Source of the DNA: an uncultured candidate division Zixibacteria bacterium
GTDB lineage: Bacteria > Zixibacteria > MSB-5A5 > GN15 > FEB-12
NCBI GenBank assembly: GCA_963735035.1
Contig: CAVTJJ010000004.1
Span: forward strand, 352,001-416,000
DNA length: 64,000 nt
Direction: 5' to 3'
Shown here: positions 33,238 through 43,680 of the stretch, piece by piece
How positions within the stretch are numbered: position 1 is the first letter of the stretch
How the letters are laid out: every line of letters begins with the position of its first letter
Notes under the pieces: model-generated
What the model was told of the DNA's origin: nothing
What the model saw: only the letters and a program-made list of their open reading frames with translations
The model's database searches: none
Program-made: the position numbers and the translations under genes

Positions 33238-34113
33238 TTGGAAACAAAAGATTTACACAGGACCAAAGCGCTTGCGCAGTTGGGAGTCAGAAGCACCAGG
33301 GCCAACCCGGTTCGACTACCTTCCAAGAGCATCGTCAAGAAGGAAGATTACATTGCCAGCGTTTTGTGCGTGGACGATGAACCTTCGGCACGGGAGTTTG
33401 AGTCTGAGATACTCCGCTCCAACGGGTATCTGGTCCGGACCGCCGGATCGGTAGACGAAGCTATCGCGGTGATGGAATCCTCCGGTTCCATCGACATTGC
33501 CCTGCTTGATCTCCGCATGCCCGGTCGTGACGGATTCGATCTCCTTGATTTCATCGATAAGAATCTCAGATTCAAGCACATTGCCGCTATCGTGGTATCC
33601 AGTTGTGGGCAGGTTGGATTTGTCAGAAAAGCCGTAGAGCATGGCGCTTGCGGATTCCTGATCAAGCCGATCACGAAAGATCTGCTCCTCCAACGAGTGA
33701 CCGAAGTGCTTGATACCAGAAGATCGGCGGTATTGATCATTTCCTCGGACGAAGTAGCCAGCAGGATTCTGGAGCAGGTTCTGGCTCGTGACAAGTGCAC
33801 GGTATTTCAGGCGCCGACCGCCCGGGACGCCCTGCAAATGCTGGCCAAGAAACGGGTGGATGTCATTATTTGCGATCTGGGATTGGCTGACAGCACCGGC
33901 CCGGAATGTCTGCTCGGCATCAGAGAAATCGACTGTTTTGCCCCCGTGTTCTTCCTGGACGATCCTGAATCGAGAGTCGCCGAACAGGATGTAGTTGCGG
34001 TGGGCGCCCAGGGTCTCATAAGACGCCCCTTCAGCGGGCCGGATATCACCAATCAGGTACGAGGAGCTCTTCAAACGCATCGCTCGAAACGGGCCGATCT
34101 TCCGTCCACATAA
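33238..34113 (+). CDS. Tandem two-receiver-domain response regulator with no output domain
   Basis: REC1 VDDE...LDLRMP...KP; REC2 CDLGL...RRPF. Start uncertain. Confidence 0.8.
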   Translation: METKDLHRTKALAQLGVRSTRANPVRLPSKSIVKKEDYIASVLCVDDEPSAREFESEILRSNGYLVRTAGSVDEAIAVMESSGSIDIALLDLRMPGRDGFDLLDFIDKNLRFKHIAAIVVSSCGQVGFVRKAVEHGACGFLIKPITKDLLLQRVTEVLDTRRSAVLIISSDEVASRILEQVLARDKCTVFQAPTARDALQMLAKKRVDVIICDLGLADSTGPECLLGIREIDCFAPVFFLDDPESRVAEQDVVAVGAQGLIRRPFSGPDITNQVRGALQTHRSKRADLPST

Positions 34114-34260
34114 GCGATTCCGGTCTACAGCATCCCCTTGCAGAATAAGTCAGGGCACTTGGGGGAATCGCGGTTTCGGCCGTGGGACCGAGAGGAACTT
34201 CGGCCGGGCAGAGTCAATTTGCGGGGCAACTTATTGTCCGACAATATCCTAAGAAATTTC

Positions 34261-34288
34261 TTGCGCTCCGGATCGATTTTGGTATATT
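34261..34288 (+). promoter_or_regulatory. Sigma70-like promoter of rpmA
   Basis: TTGCGC-N16-TATATT with TG directly upstream of the -10 element (extended -10). Confidence 0.5.
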
Positions 34289-34373
34289 AGTCGGCCCTGC
34301 CGGAAAATCTGGCTGGTGCGGCGTACGCGCCGTTTGATTACGAAAGATGTTACAGAAACGATAGAGGCTTATC

Positions 34374-34628
34374 ATGGCTCACAAAAAAGGTGTCGGTTCA
34401 TCGCGCAACGGTCGTGACTCCAACGGTCAACGACGCGGCACCAAACTGTACGGCGGCCAGACCGTCAGCGCCGGATCGATTATCGTCCGCCAGTGTGGCA
34501 CTCCCATTCGTGCGGGACAAAACGTCGGCATGGGCAGCGACTGCACCCTGTTCGCCAAGATCGACGGCGTCATCAAGTTCGAACGCGTCGGCAAGAAGGG
34601 CAAGCAGGTCTCGGTCTATACCGCTTAG
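34374..34628 (+). CDS. rpmA: 50S ribosomal protein L27
   Basis: [16 protein letters not shown]...GSIIVRQ. Confidence 0.97.
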   Translation: MAHKKGVGSSRNGRDSNGQRRGTKLYGGQTVSAGSIIVRQCGTPIRAGQNVGMGSDCTLFAKIDGVIKFERVGKKGKQVSVYTA

Positions 34629-34649
34629 CCGCCGAATGCGTCCCAAATC

Positions 34650-34687
34650 AAAAGGCACTGCTGACTCGTTCAGCAGTGCCTTTCTTC
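34650..34687. terminator. Bidirectional intrinsic terminator
   Basis: AAAGGCACTGCTGA-CTCGT-TCAGCAGTGCCTTT. Confidence 0.85.
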
Positions 34688-34706
34688 ATATTCCAGGACA
34701 CAAGTC

Positions 34707-35093
34707 TTAATCCGGCGCTTTGGCCTCGGCGAAAGCGAGCACATGACCATCCGGATCAAGGCTGTAGGCGACCACATCTCCCCACGATCTCTTTGACAGA
34801 CTGCTTAGCTCAGTAGCCCCGGCTCTAAGCGCCCGCCGATGATACGCCTCGGCGTCAGGCACCATGAGATATACTTCAGAACGAGGAATGCCTGCCGCCT
34901 TCTCCGGATCAGGCAAGCCGGGCAGAAGTCGTTTGATCCCCTGCACCGGCATCAATCCCAGGAAAGAACCATCTGATAGACCGAACTCAGTCATGCCGGG
35001 GACATGCAGCACCGGTTCTTGGCCGAGCACGGTCGTGTAGAAACGGGTGCTCGCCTCCTGATCATTTACATAGAGAATGAAAAATGCTCTCAT
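34707..35093 (-). CDS. VOC / glyoxalase family protein
   Basis: ILYVND..STRFY and WGDVVAYSLDPDGHVLAF. Confidence 0.85.
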   Translation of the reverse strand: MRAFFILYVNDQEASTRFYTTVLGQEPVLHVPGMTEFGLSDGSFLGLMPVQGIKRLLPGLPDPEKAAGIPRSEVYLMVPDAEAYHRRALRAGATELSSLSKRSWGDVVAYSLDPDGHVLAFAEAKAPD

Positions 35094-35153
35094 GCAGAAG
35101 CTGCACCTTTCATCATTGAAGGCCGCTATTCGCCGAACGCTGCGTTAGTCGGC

Positions 35154-37091
35154 TCAGGGACGGTAGTGAAGAATGTGATTGTAGTCACCCACGACAAAGA
35201 AGTTGGCCGCGCTGAATCCATAGACTCCGCGCAGATTGATACCGATACTGCTATCCAGCGCTGTAACTACTCCGGTGTGCAGACTATATTGATAGGTCGA
35301 TCCCTTTTCGCCGCAGATGGTCAATGTGCCGGCGTCGTCGGTCCAGATCGACGTCAGTGGCGTCCCGCCAAAATCAGTTGAAACCGTACTCCACACGCCG
35401 CCGCTCAGGCGCAGAAGCCGTCCACCGCCCGTGACTGCCCAAAAATCGCCCGAACTGGTTCCGGTAACGCTGGTTATGTCCTCGGTTGTGCCCCTCGCTG
35501 GACTATGCCAGGTGCCGTCGTACCAATACGCTTCGCCCGCATTGCCGACCACACATGCGAGCGTGTCAGCAGAGGTCTTCAATACATAGACATCGTTCAG
35601 AGTCTCACTCGTCAGGCTGGCTTCGGTACTCCAGGCACTGCCGTCCCACTTGAGCATCGTCCCCGCCGCACCGACCGCCCAGGCGACATTGCGCGACAAG
35701 ACCGACACCGCCTTCAGATCGGCCGACACGCCGGATGATACATCGATCCAATTGGCAAGGTTGGCGTCGTCACGTATAACCATCGCGCCGCCATCGCCGA
35801 CCATAAATAGTGCCGTATCAAGAAAACCGCCGACGCCGCGGAAATTCGTCGTAGTGGTCGCGCCGTTGACCGTCATCGATGCCAGGACATCGCCGCCGTT
35901 CGACCGCATGATCCGACCGCCCGAGCCTACTAGGATTGCTTCTTTGTATGAGGATTCGGTTCCGGCCCAAACATCGACGAAATCAGGTTCGTTTCTTACC
36001 CGTACGGGTGTCCATTCGTTACCGTCGTAGTGAACTACTATGTCGCCGGCGGCGTAAATGTCTGTGGGTGATGTTCCCCAGACACTCAGGAAACCGAAAT
36101 TCGTGAGATGTGGTTCGAGTTTCCAGACGGTACTGTCGTAATGAAGAATCTTTCCACCCCAACCTACCGCGTAGATGTTGTTTTCCGCCGTTCCCCAGAT
36201 GCTATAGAGAGCGTTGGATATCCCGGTTTCCATCCTGGTCATGGCTGAATCAGCAGGTTTGTTGGGATTGTATCGTATGATCGTGCCGTTGGTTCCGACC
36301 ATGTATACGGTGTCATTCGAAAGTCCCCAGATATCCCAAAGATCGTATTGGGTTTGGGATCGGACTACTTTCCACCAGGCCGTGTCAGGACTAACAGGAC
36401 GTCTATAGTGCAAGAACGCTCCGACCGAGCCGCACACGAAGATATTGCTGTCCGAGCTGCCCCAGACTCCGTTCAAATGAGCGGGCGTGTTGCCACCAAT
36501 AAGTAAATGCGTCCAGTCCATACCATCGTAATGAACGACCGTACCGTCAAACCCCACCGCATAGATGTTGCTATCGGCGCTGCCCCAGATGTCGTAGAGA
36601 CCCCAATCGATAGTCCCGATATTGGCATCGACGAAATTGATGCCGTTATACTGTTTGATGAACGGCTTGTCGGGCGCCTGTACCGTCACATTGGAATCGA
36701 CCAGGGAGTCAAAGTAGGTAGTGTCCCGGTCGATTATCTGACCTACGAAATAGAGGTTGTCGCCCCGTTCGCCCCAAACTGAATGAATCACCCGGTCAAA
36801 GGCCGGTCCGGAATTGAGCGAATCCCAGGTGGCCCCGTTCTTTCTGTAAACCAGACCTTCTTCACCCATAAGAAAGATTTCACCGGTCGGTGCGCCCCAG
36901 ACCTTTTCCCATGTGGTGGTCGTAGACAGGGCCCCGAGCTGGTGGAACTCCGAGGCGGCGGTAGGAGTGGAATTGGTCGGGGTGTCACTCCCGCAGGATA
37001 TTATCAGGAAGGACGCCAAAATGGCTACGATTGACAGGCTGACAACGGTGCGAAGGACAAATCTTGGCGACTTCACTTGGCTCTTTTCCAT
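35154..37091 (-). CDS. Beta-propeller repeat lipoprotein
   Basis: Lipobox IISC; about 14 repeats of LxxVWG..xxxAVGxxGxIxxYDGxxW. Confidence 0.8.
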   Translation of the reverse strand: MEKSQVKSPRFVLRTVVSLSIVAILASFLIISCGSDTPTNSTPTAASEFHQLGALSTTTTWEKVWGAPTGEIFLMGEEGLVYRKNGATWDSLNSGPAFDRVIHSVWGERGDNLYFVGQIIDRDTTYFDSLVDSNVTVQAPDKPFIKQYNGINFVDANIGTIDWGLYDIWGSADSNIYAVGFDGTVVHYDGMDWTHLLIGGNTPAHLNGVWGSSDSNIFVCGSVGAFLHYRRPVSPDTAWWKVVRSQTQYDLWDIWGLSNDTVYMVGTNGTIIRYNPNKPADSAMTRMETGISNALYSIWGTAENNIYAVGWGGKILHYDSTVWKLEPHLTNFGFLSVWGTSPTDIYAAGDIVVHYDGNEWTPVRVRNEPDFVDVWAGTESSYKEAILVGSGGRIMRSNGGDVLASMTVNGATTTTNFRGVGGFLDTALFMVGDGGAMVIRDDANLANWIDVSSGVSADLKAVSVLSRNVAWAVGAAGTMLKWDGSAWSTEASLTSETLNDVYVLKTSADTLACVVGNAGEAYWYDGTWHSPARGTTEDITSVTGTSSGDFWAVTGGGRLLRLSGGVWSTVSTDFGGTPLTSIWTDDAGTLTICGEKGSTYQYSLHTGVVTALDSSIGINLRGVYGFSAANFFVVGDYNHILHYRP

Positions 37092-37299
37092 TTGCGGGTG
37101 ACTGGCTCCAACTTCTGTTATACGTCCGGGCTTAACCCCGGTCCCATATTGGGCTGAATTATAGGCCGCCCAACCCGGCGGAACAAGGGAAAATCTGCCC
37201 CGGCCCGGTTCACCCTGGGGCGATACATTCCCTTGTTGACCTCAGTGCTACGAACGACTAGTTTGCCCGTGGTGGCTAACCTCTCACCAGGAGACAAAT

Positions 37300-38598
37300 G
37301 TGAAGGCTGCAGGCGTAATCGCGATCCTCTTGATACTGGGACTCGTTGCTGAATCGTGGGCTCAGACTCCCGATACAACCCCTCCGGCCCCGATCAGCAA
37401 TATCGCTCCGAAAGCAGCCGACACGGCTTCATCGGGCGCGGTTTCTACCGCAGGAAGTACCGAAGAACCGGTTTATCCTCTCTCTCCGGAGCGTTATGAG
37501 CGGTTGGTGTCGTATTCCAAGTTCGTCAATGTCTGGCGGTTCGCTGAATTCTTCATCGGCCTGGCCATTCTCGCGGTGATCCTGTTTACCGGCCTGTCGG
37601 CCCGATTCCGCGACTGGACCGCGAAGATCCCCTCGAAATTCTTCGCCCTCTGGGCCTTCCTCTGCATCTTTCTTCTGGCCGACTATATCATGAACCTGCC
37701 GTTTTCGATCTATCGCAACTTCATTGTCGAAGACCACTACGGTTTCATGAACCAGACCTTCATGCAATGGTGGGGGGATGACCTGAAGGGGCTGCTTGTC
37801 GGCGCGGTGTTGATGATTATTCCGATCTGGCCTTTGTACTGGCTGTTGAACCGGCTCAAGAATTGGTGGCTCTGGTTCTCGCTCGGTGCGATTCCGTTTG
37901 CCGTACTCGCCGTGGTAATCGTGCCGGTGTTGATTTCGCCGCTCTTCAACGAGTTCGGACCGCTGAAAGACAAGAAACTCGAGTCCGAAATCATGACCAT
38001 GGCGCAGAAGGCCGGGATCGAAGGGGCCAACATCTTCGAAGTCAACGGCTCGAAACAGTCTGACAAAGTAAATGCCTACGTGACGGGTCTGTTCGGCACC
38101 AAGCGCATAGTGTTATACGACACGTTGATCAAGAACTTCACTATCCCCGAAATCAAATTCGTGATGGCCCACGAGATGGGGCATTACCTGAAACATCATA
38201 TCTGGTGGGGGTTGAGTGTGGCCATTGCGTTTATCATGGTGGCGCTCTGGCTGGCCAGCCGACTCCTGCCGATTACGATCACCCGTCTGAAAGACAGTCT
38301 TCGGTTCGAGCGCCTGGGTGATTATGCGTCGCTGCCGCTGATTGCCGCGTACCTTTCGATATTCAGCTTTCTGTTCCAGCCGATCACGAACGCTTCAAGC
38401 CGTCTGATGGAACGCCAGGCGGATGAATACGGCATGATTGCGAGCGGGGTGGACAGCGAGACGGCGGCGACCGCGTTTGACAAACTGTCAGCGTTGAATT
38501 TGTCTGATCCCGACCCGAGCGGGATTGTGGAATTTTGGTTCTACACGCATCCTTCGCTGAAGAAGCGGATCGAGTTCGCCCGGAGCTGGAAGCCGTAG
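37300..38598 (+). CDS. M48 (Ste24-like) membrane metallopeptidase
   Basis: NAYVTG, RIVLYDTL, HEMGH, ERQAD and THP. Confidence 0.9.
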   Translation: MKAAGVIAILLILGLVAESWAQTPDTTPPAPISNIAPKAADTASSGAVSTAGSTEEPVYPLSPERYERLVSYSKFVNVWRFAEFFIGLAILAVILFTGLSARFRDWTAKIPSKFFALWAFLCIFLLADYIMNLPFSIYRNFIVEDHYGFMNQTFMQWWGDDLKGLLVGAVLMIIPIWPLYWLLNRLKNWWLWFSLGAIPFAVLAVVIVPVLISPLFNEFGPLKDKKLESEIMTMAQKAGIEGANIFEVNGSKQSDKVNAYVTGLFGTKRIVLYDTLIKNFTIPEIKFVMAHEMGHYLKHHIWWGLSVAIAFIMVALWLASRLLPITITRLKDSLRFERLGDYASLPLIAAYLSIFSFLFQPITNASSRLMERQADEYGMIASGVDSETAATAFDKLSALNLSDPDPSGIVEFWFYTHPSLKKRIEFARSWKP

Positions 38599-38838
38599 GT
38601 CAGGCCGACTCGGGGCCTGACATCTTCTACCAGACGATAATGTAACGCGTCGAGTCCGCGTGACCTACAAAGACGTGATCTTGTCTTGCCCCGCTTCAGG
38701 CGGGGCGCCCATATAATTGATCGGCAGGGTTCCAACCCTGCCGAATCGCAGGTTGAAACTAGGCTGCTTCGGAAGCGGATTGTTCTTGACCGAACGTCAG
38801 TTTCGGAATAACTTAGGGCAATATCAAAGGAGGGCCAT

Positions 38839-38967
38839 ATGGCCAAGACGGGAACACACAAGGTAACGCGCGACTCGAGAACGGGTCGGTTTGTGAAACC
38901 TGGTGAGGCGAAGAAGCGACCAGCTACAACTGTGACTGAGACAATGCCTAATCCTAAGAAGAAGTAG
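38839..38967 (+). CDS. 42-aa basic protein with RDSRTGRFV motif
   Basis: AGGAGG RBS; MAKTGTHKVTRDSRTGRFVKPGEAKKRPATTVTETMPNPKKK; below the ORF-track cutoff. Confidence 0.75.
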   Translation: MAKTGTHKVTRDSRTGRFVKPGEAKKRPATTVTETMPNPKKK

Positions 38968-39079
38968 TGAGATCGCTGTGCTGACGACAGATAGGGACAA
39001 CGGATTTCGCGAGGGGTTGCTCTGTTAATGGCGTGCGGACGACTGTGACCTGCACGGACTAGGCGGTGTTGTGGCCAAG

Positions 39080-39433
39080 ATGAATCGATCTGAAGGCGTT
39101 CCAAGAGTTCTTTGGATTTCTCAGATCATTGTAATCTTGATGCTGTTCTGGGCAATCAGGCCAGACAATTCGTACCAATACTACACCTTGCTTCGATGGG
39201 TATGCTTCGCTGTGCTTGGATATACGGCAATGCTGGCATACAGCCGCGGGATGAATGGCTTAGCATGGATACTTGTTATCACCGCACTTGTGTATAATCC
39301 CTTTGCCCCCGTGCATCTTACACGAATCATTTGGACTATCTTGAACATCGCAACTATTGCTGTGGCCATAGTGAGTACATGCTTGCTTCACCGGCCACGA
39401 AGCACAAAATCAGACGGAGGTATTGAGGCGTGA
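39080..39433 (+). CDS. Small membrane protein (DUF6804-like)
   Basis: YQYYTLLRWVCF...LVYNPFAPVHLTR..W. Confidence 0.7.
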   Translation: MNRSEGVPRVLWISQIIVILMLFWAIRPDNSYQYYTLLRWVCFAVLGYTAMLAYSRGMNGLAWILVITALVYNPFAPVHLTRIIWTILNIATIAVAIVSTCLLHRPRSTKSDGGIEA

Positions 39434-40098
39434 GAGCAATTGGTGCTGTCCTCGAAGCAATTTCCATTCCATTGATGTTTCTGAATTTGCTCGGGGGTGT
39501 TGTATCAGGTGTCTGGCTTGCCATAATTGGAGAATGGGGTACGATTGGGTTGGGTATTGTCTTCTTCATAGGGTCCACTATGTTACTCGGAATTGCTTTG
39601 ATGCCATCGGTACTGCTAATGTTCCCTGCTGCACGATTTGCGGAAAAAGGCCAGATGGCCGGACTTATGTTCTTTGGTGCTCTCAGTAGTATCTATGTAT
39701 TGACACTGATTACGATCTGGTGTTGCGGAGTTCTGTATTTGTTCGTCAATAATGCGGATGCAGGGGATTTGATTCCGAAGCTGATCTGGTCGTATGGTAT
39801 AGCTACAGGCCCATGGGTCTACATGGCGTCTAAAGAGGAATGTTCGTCCGACGACGGTTTTGCCTCGTTCTTGCCTACGTTTCTCGCGGAGCTTGCCTAC
39901 CTTGTGATCATGTTGCTCATCATCTTTTCGTCCATGACCCTGCTCAGAGCCGTTCAGATCTTCGGGGCATTTATGCTCGTGTGTCTCCTGGTTCAGATGA
40001 CGATGTCGGTCATAATGCAGAGAGAGAGTGAGCAGATCAGAAACCCAGAGTACAGTATTGACGATATAGATCCGGAGCCGCCTCAGGAACCGGAGTAG
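39430..40098 (+). CDS. Hypothetical membrane protein
   Basis: 222 aa, about 6 TM helices, acidic tail; start overlaps the upstream stop. Confidence 0.7.
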   Translation: MRAIGAVLEAISIPLMFLNLLGGVVSGVWLAIIGEWGTIGLGIVFFIGSTMLLGIALMPSVLLMFPAARFAEKGQMAGLMFFGALSSIYVLTLITIWCCGVLYLFVNNADAGDLIPKLIWSYGIATGPWVYMASKEECSSDDGFASFLPTFLAELAYLVIMLLIIFSSMTLLRAVQIFGAFMLVCLLVQMTMSVIMQRESEQIRNPEYSIDDIDPEPPQEPE

Positions 40099-40137
40099 GC
40101 TGTCTGCAGCTCCGGGGAAGTGGCATCAATCCTCTCT

Positions 40138-40575
40138 CTAACGCTGTGGCTTCAAAATGCGCCCACGAAGAAGGTCGCCGATACTGTTGTTTAGCGTGTA
40201 CAAGAATGCCTCTGTAGAGATCGCGTTGTGTATATGCTTGTTGACTGTGACAAATCCAATCTCGCGGCCGCCAATGATCAGCTTCGGAGGGGTTATTGTG
40301 TAGACATTGTTGATGCTGTGTTGGCCGTATTTGCTACCATAGGGCGAATACGGATTGAAAATACTGGTCTGGCTATATCTACTTCCAAACGGGCCATACC
40401 GGTTGAGAATAGAATGGTTATCGTACCGGTTCGTAGTAATCTTCCCAAGATATTGACCGTCTTGTGCAATTAGGTACGATTCATCGGATTTGAGCCTCGC
40501 TGGACCACCCTGTTGCCTATACAGCCTGGCCAGTATCTCTTGCAGCAATATCTTAGTCTGGTCTCCGTGCGGCAT
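40138..40575 (-). CDS. Hypothetical protein with S-I-x-N-x-Y-G-x-Y-G-S repeats
   Basis: YLGKITTNRYDNHSILNRYGPFGSRYSQTSIFNPYSPYGSKYG. Confidence 0.7.
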   Translation of the reverse strand: MPHGDQTKILLQEILARLYRQQGGPARLKSDESYLIAQDGQYLGKITTNRYDNHSILNRYGPFGSRYSQTSIFNPYSPYGSKYGQHSINNVYTITPPKLIIGGREIGFVTVNKHIHNAISTEAFLYTLNNSIGDLLRGRILKPQR

Positions 40576-40907
40576 CACTCATCGCTCCCATATAGGGTGG
40601 AGATCAGTTTCTGTATCTCTTCAGCCGCTTTCTTGCTTGGAAGCCTTTCGATCAGGGCAGGAACTGCGGCAAGAGCGATATTCTTCTGTCTAATCTTGAG
40701 AATTTCCTTTAGAGGCCAAATCAGCAGACCGGTGGTCCCAGCTGGCGGCAAAGTCCAGAAGTAATTCCGTTCTGTCAGGGCCACTATGATGCTGACAATA
40801 CCGCATAGGAACAGAATAATTGCCAATGCGACAAAACACCATTCGGTTCGCTTGTTATTCTTCAGGATCTGGTCGATCCTGTCGTGTACAGAGTCCCATT
40901 CACTCAT
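40575..40907 (-). CDS. Small two-TM hypothetical protein
   Basis: 110 aa; stop overlaps the ATG of the next gene. Confidence 0.6.
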   Translation of the reverse strand: MSEWDSVHDRIDQILKNNKRTEWCFVALAIILFLCGIVSIIVALTERNYFWTLPPAGTTGLLIWPLKEILKIRQKNIALAAVPALIERLPSKKAAEEIQKLISTLYGSDE

Positions 40908-41102
40908 AAATGCGTTTTCCTTATGCGGCAAGGCCGATAGGCGGCACAAATATTGCCGATCCATATGATAGAGTCAATAGTCAAATTCCCCCCCCACTTG
41001 CCCTCGGGCCCAAATTACCTATATTGCCCTCAATTGAGAAAGCGATGTGAGTCCGGCAGACGAGTTCTTCTGCCCGGCACAAAAGAAAGTGCAGGAGCAT
41101 AT

Positions 41103-42506
41103 ATGAAATACCGCGTTGAATCAGATTCCATGGGCAAAATCGACGTCCCGGTCGACCGCTACTACGGCGCCCAAACCGCCCGCTCAATAATGAACTTCAA
41201 AATCGGCGGCGAAACCATGCCGATACCCCTCATCCGGGCGTTCGGCGTCCTCAAGAAATGCGCCGCTCAGGTCAACCAGGACCTCGGCCTGCTCCCCAAA
41301 GACAAAGCCAAATTGATCATCGCCGCGTCTCAGGAAGTTATCGAGGGCAAGCTCGACGGCCACTTTCCGCTCGTCGTATGGCAGACCGGGTCCGGCACCC
41401 AGACCAACATGAACGCCAACGAAGTCATCTCCAACCGGGCCATCGAAATGGCCGGCGGCGAGATGGGCAGCAAGAAGCCGATTCACCCCAACGACGACGT
41501 CAACAAAGCACAGTCGTCGAACGACACGTTCCCGGCCGCCATGCACATTGCGGCGGTGGTGCAGATTCACGAAGAGTTGATTCCGAAAGTCACGCTCCTG
41601 CGCGACACGCTGAACAAGAAGTCGAAAGAGTTTAACAAGATCATCAAGATCGGCCGCACGCATCTTATGGACGCCACCCCGCTGACTCTCGGCCAGGAGT
41701 TTTCCGGCTACTCCCAGCAATTGACCAACGGCGTGGCGCGGCTCAAGGACTGCTTGAAGCGGCTCTACCCGCTGGCGCTCGGCGGCACGGCGGTCGGAAC
41801 CGGACTGAACACGCATCCGGAATTCGCCAAGCGTGCGGCGGCAGCGATTGCGAAAGAAACCGGCTATCCGTTTATCACCGCGCCGAACAAGTTCGAAGCT
41901 CTGGCCGCGCACGACGCGATTGTCGAAGCGTCCGGCGTGATGAAAACTATCGCCTGTTCCTGCATGAAGATCGCCAACGATGTCCGCCTGCTGGGGTCCG
42001 GCCCGCGCTGTGGTATCGGTGAGCTGCTGCTTCCGGAAAACGAACCGGGTTCGTCGATCATGCCCGGCAAGGTCAACCCGACCCAGTGCGAGGCTATGAC
42101 CATGGTGGCGGCGCAGGTAATGGGTAACGATGTCGCGATCAATATCGGCGGGGCGACCGGCCATTTCGAGCTGAACGTCTTCAAGCCGGTCATGATCTAC
42201 AACCTGCTGCAGTCGATCAAGCTTCTCGCCGACGCCTGTCAGTCGTTTAACGACAACTGCGCGATCGGGATCGAGGCCAACAAGACCAACATCAATAAGA
42301 ATCTGTACGGTTCGCTGATGCTGGTTACGGCGCTCAATCCGCATATCGGTTATGATAATGCGGCGAAAGTGGCCAAGAAGGCGTATCATGATGGGACGAC
42401 CTTGAAAGAGGCGGCGGTGGCGTTGGGCCTTCTGACCGAGAAGGAGTTCGATCAGAAAGTTCGTCCGGAGAAGATGATCGCCCCGAACATGGGCGTGAAG
42501 AAGTAG
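41103..42506 (+). CDS. fumC: Fumarate hydratase class II
   Basis: [22 protein letters not shown] and [15 protein letters not shown]. Confidence 0.97.
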   Translation: MKYRVESDSMGKIDVPVDRYYGAQTARSIMNFKIGGETMPIPLIRAFGVLKKCAAQVNQDLGLLPKDKAKLIIAASQEVIEGKLDGHFPLVVWQTGSGTQTNMNANEVISNRAIEMAGGEMGSKKPIHPNDDVNKAQSSNDTFPAAMHIAAVVQIHEELIPKVTLLRDTLNKKSKEFNKIIKIGRTHLMDATPLTLGQEFSGYSQQLTNGVARLKDCLKRLYPLALGGTAVGTGLNTHPEFAKRAAAAIAKETGYPFITAPNKFEALAAHDAIVEASGVMKTIACSCMKIANDVRLLGSGPRCGIGELLLPENEPGSSIMPGKVNPTQCEAMTMVAAQVMGNDVAINIGGATGHFELNVFKPVMIYNLLQSIKLLADACQSFNDNCAIGIEANKTNINKNLYGSLMLVTALNPHIGYDNAAKVAKKAYHDGTTLKEAAVALGLLTEKEFDQKVRPEKMIAPNMGVKK

Positions 42507-42512
42507 CTGCGA

Positions 42513-42806
42513 GCGTCAGGTCACACCTCAACCGACTTCGTCGGCCTCGGCAGGACCCGACGCAACAACACGGTAGATTGGAGCGGTTTAGAAACTGTCT
42601 TGCCCCGCTTCAGGCGGGGCATCCACATAACTGATCGGCAGGGTTCCAACCCTGCCGGATCACGCACGGCAGGCACAACATGCGTCAGGTCACACCTCAA
42701 CCGACTTCGTCGATCTCGGCAGGACCCGACGCAACGAACAAACTTAATCGGCAGGGTTCCAACCCTGCCGGATCGCACGCGGCAGGCACAGAGTCCTGCC
42801 GATTGA
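42513..42806. repeat. BIME-like mosaic of REP-like palindromes
   Basis: Two 54-nt near-identical direct repeats (42513, 42682), GATCGGCAGGGTTCCAACCCTGCCG-type units at 42632 and 42747, and GTCTTGCCCCGCTTCAGGCGGGGC at 42597. Confidence 0.85.
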
Positions 42807-42825
42807 TGTCATCGGTAATTGTCTT

Positions 42826-43578
42826 ATGAAAACAACACTCTTCGTTCTGCTCATCGTCGCGGCGACTGCGGTCGGCGTTTCCGCCTTCCAGTACGCTCCG
42901 CAGCAGGCCATTCCTGAGACGAAGCCGCTGGAATTCAGCAATCCGGCCGTACTCGATTCGCTCATCATGCCGTATGTCGCCATGGCTCGCCGCACCTATC
43001 CGGACGCCAAGGCCCGATTCCTCAAAGGGCTGTCGTCGAGCGAGAAGTTCCTTATCACTACCCGCGTCTTCGACAAGCAGGGCAACTTCCAGCAGATCTT
43101 TGTCGAAGTGACCAGTTTCAGCAAGAACGAGGTCAATGGCCGCGTCGCATCATCGAACGGGCAGACCCCCGGCCTCGCGGTCGGCGATCCGTTTACCTGT
43201 CCCGAATCCGACGTGCTGGACTGGAGCATTGTCAAGGCGGACGGTTCCCAGGAAGGGAATGTGGTCGGCAAATTTCTCGCAGCCGTACAGGAACGGTTTC
43301 TCGGCCTGATGATGGAAGTAGTCATTGCGCGCGACGGCTCGGTGAAATCGGCGAAGTGTCTTCGGGCGCTGACCCGCTCGCAGCAGGATGTGACTTTCTG
43401 TGTGCCCGATACGGTTATGCGTTCGGCCGAAGTGATGGCTCATGAAATCAAGTACGCGCCGTCCGATTCGGTATTGACCAAGTACACCTATTTGGTTTAT
43501 GACTTTATTGGCCGTCGCCTGTTCGAGCCGAACAAAGACCAGACGAAGAAACCAGACTCAACCGGTACTTCACGGTGA
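42826..43578 (+). CDS. Secreted DUF2314-like protein
   Basis: Signal peptide; ARRTYPDAKARF and VLDWSIVKADGSQEGNVVGKF. Confidence 0.6.
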   Translation: MKTTLFVLLIVAATAVGVSAFQYAPQQAIPETKPLEFSNPAVLDSLIMPYVAMARRTYPDAKARFLKGLSSSEKFLITTRVFDKQGNFQQIFVEVTSFSKNEVNGRVASSNGQTPGLAVGDPFTCPESDVLDWSIVKADGSQEGNVVGKFLAAVQERFLGLMMEVVIARDGSVKSAKCLRALTRSQQDVTFCVPDTVMRSAEVMAHEIKYAPSDSVLTKYTYLVYDFIGRRLFEPNKDQTKKPDSTGTSR

Positions 43579-43680
43579 TGTTTTGAGCGGACAGCCCACA
43601 GCAAATGCGATCGGCAGGGTTCCAGCCCTGCCGCATCCCTGACGCAGGCACAGAGGCAAGCGTATCACAGGAAAATCAAA

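Noticed and set aside
42513..42806. Repeat cluster as a CRISPR array
   Set aside because: It contains mixed repeat types with irregular spacing, the same units are dispersed through the window, and no cas genes are present.
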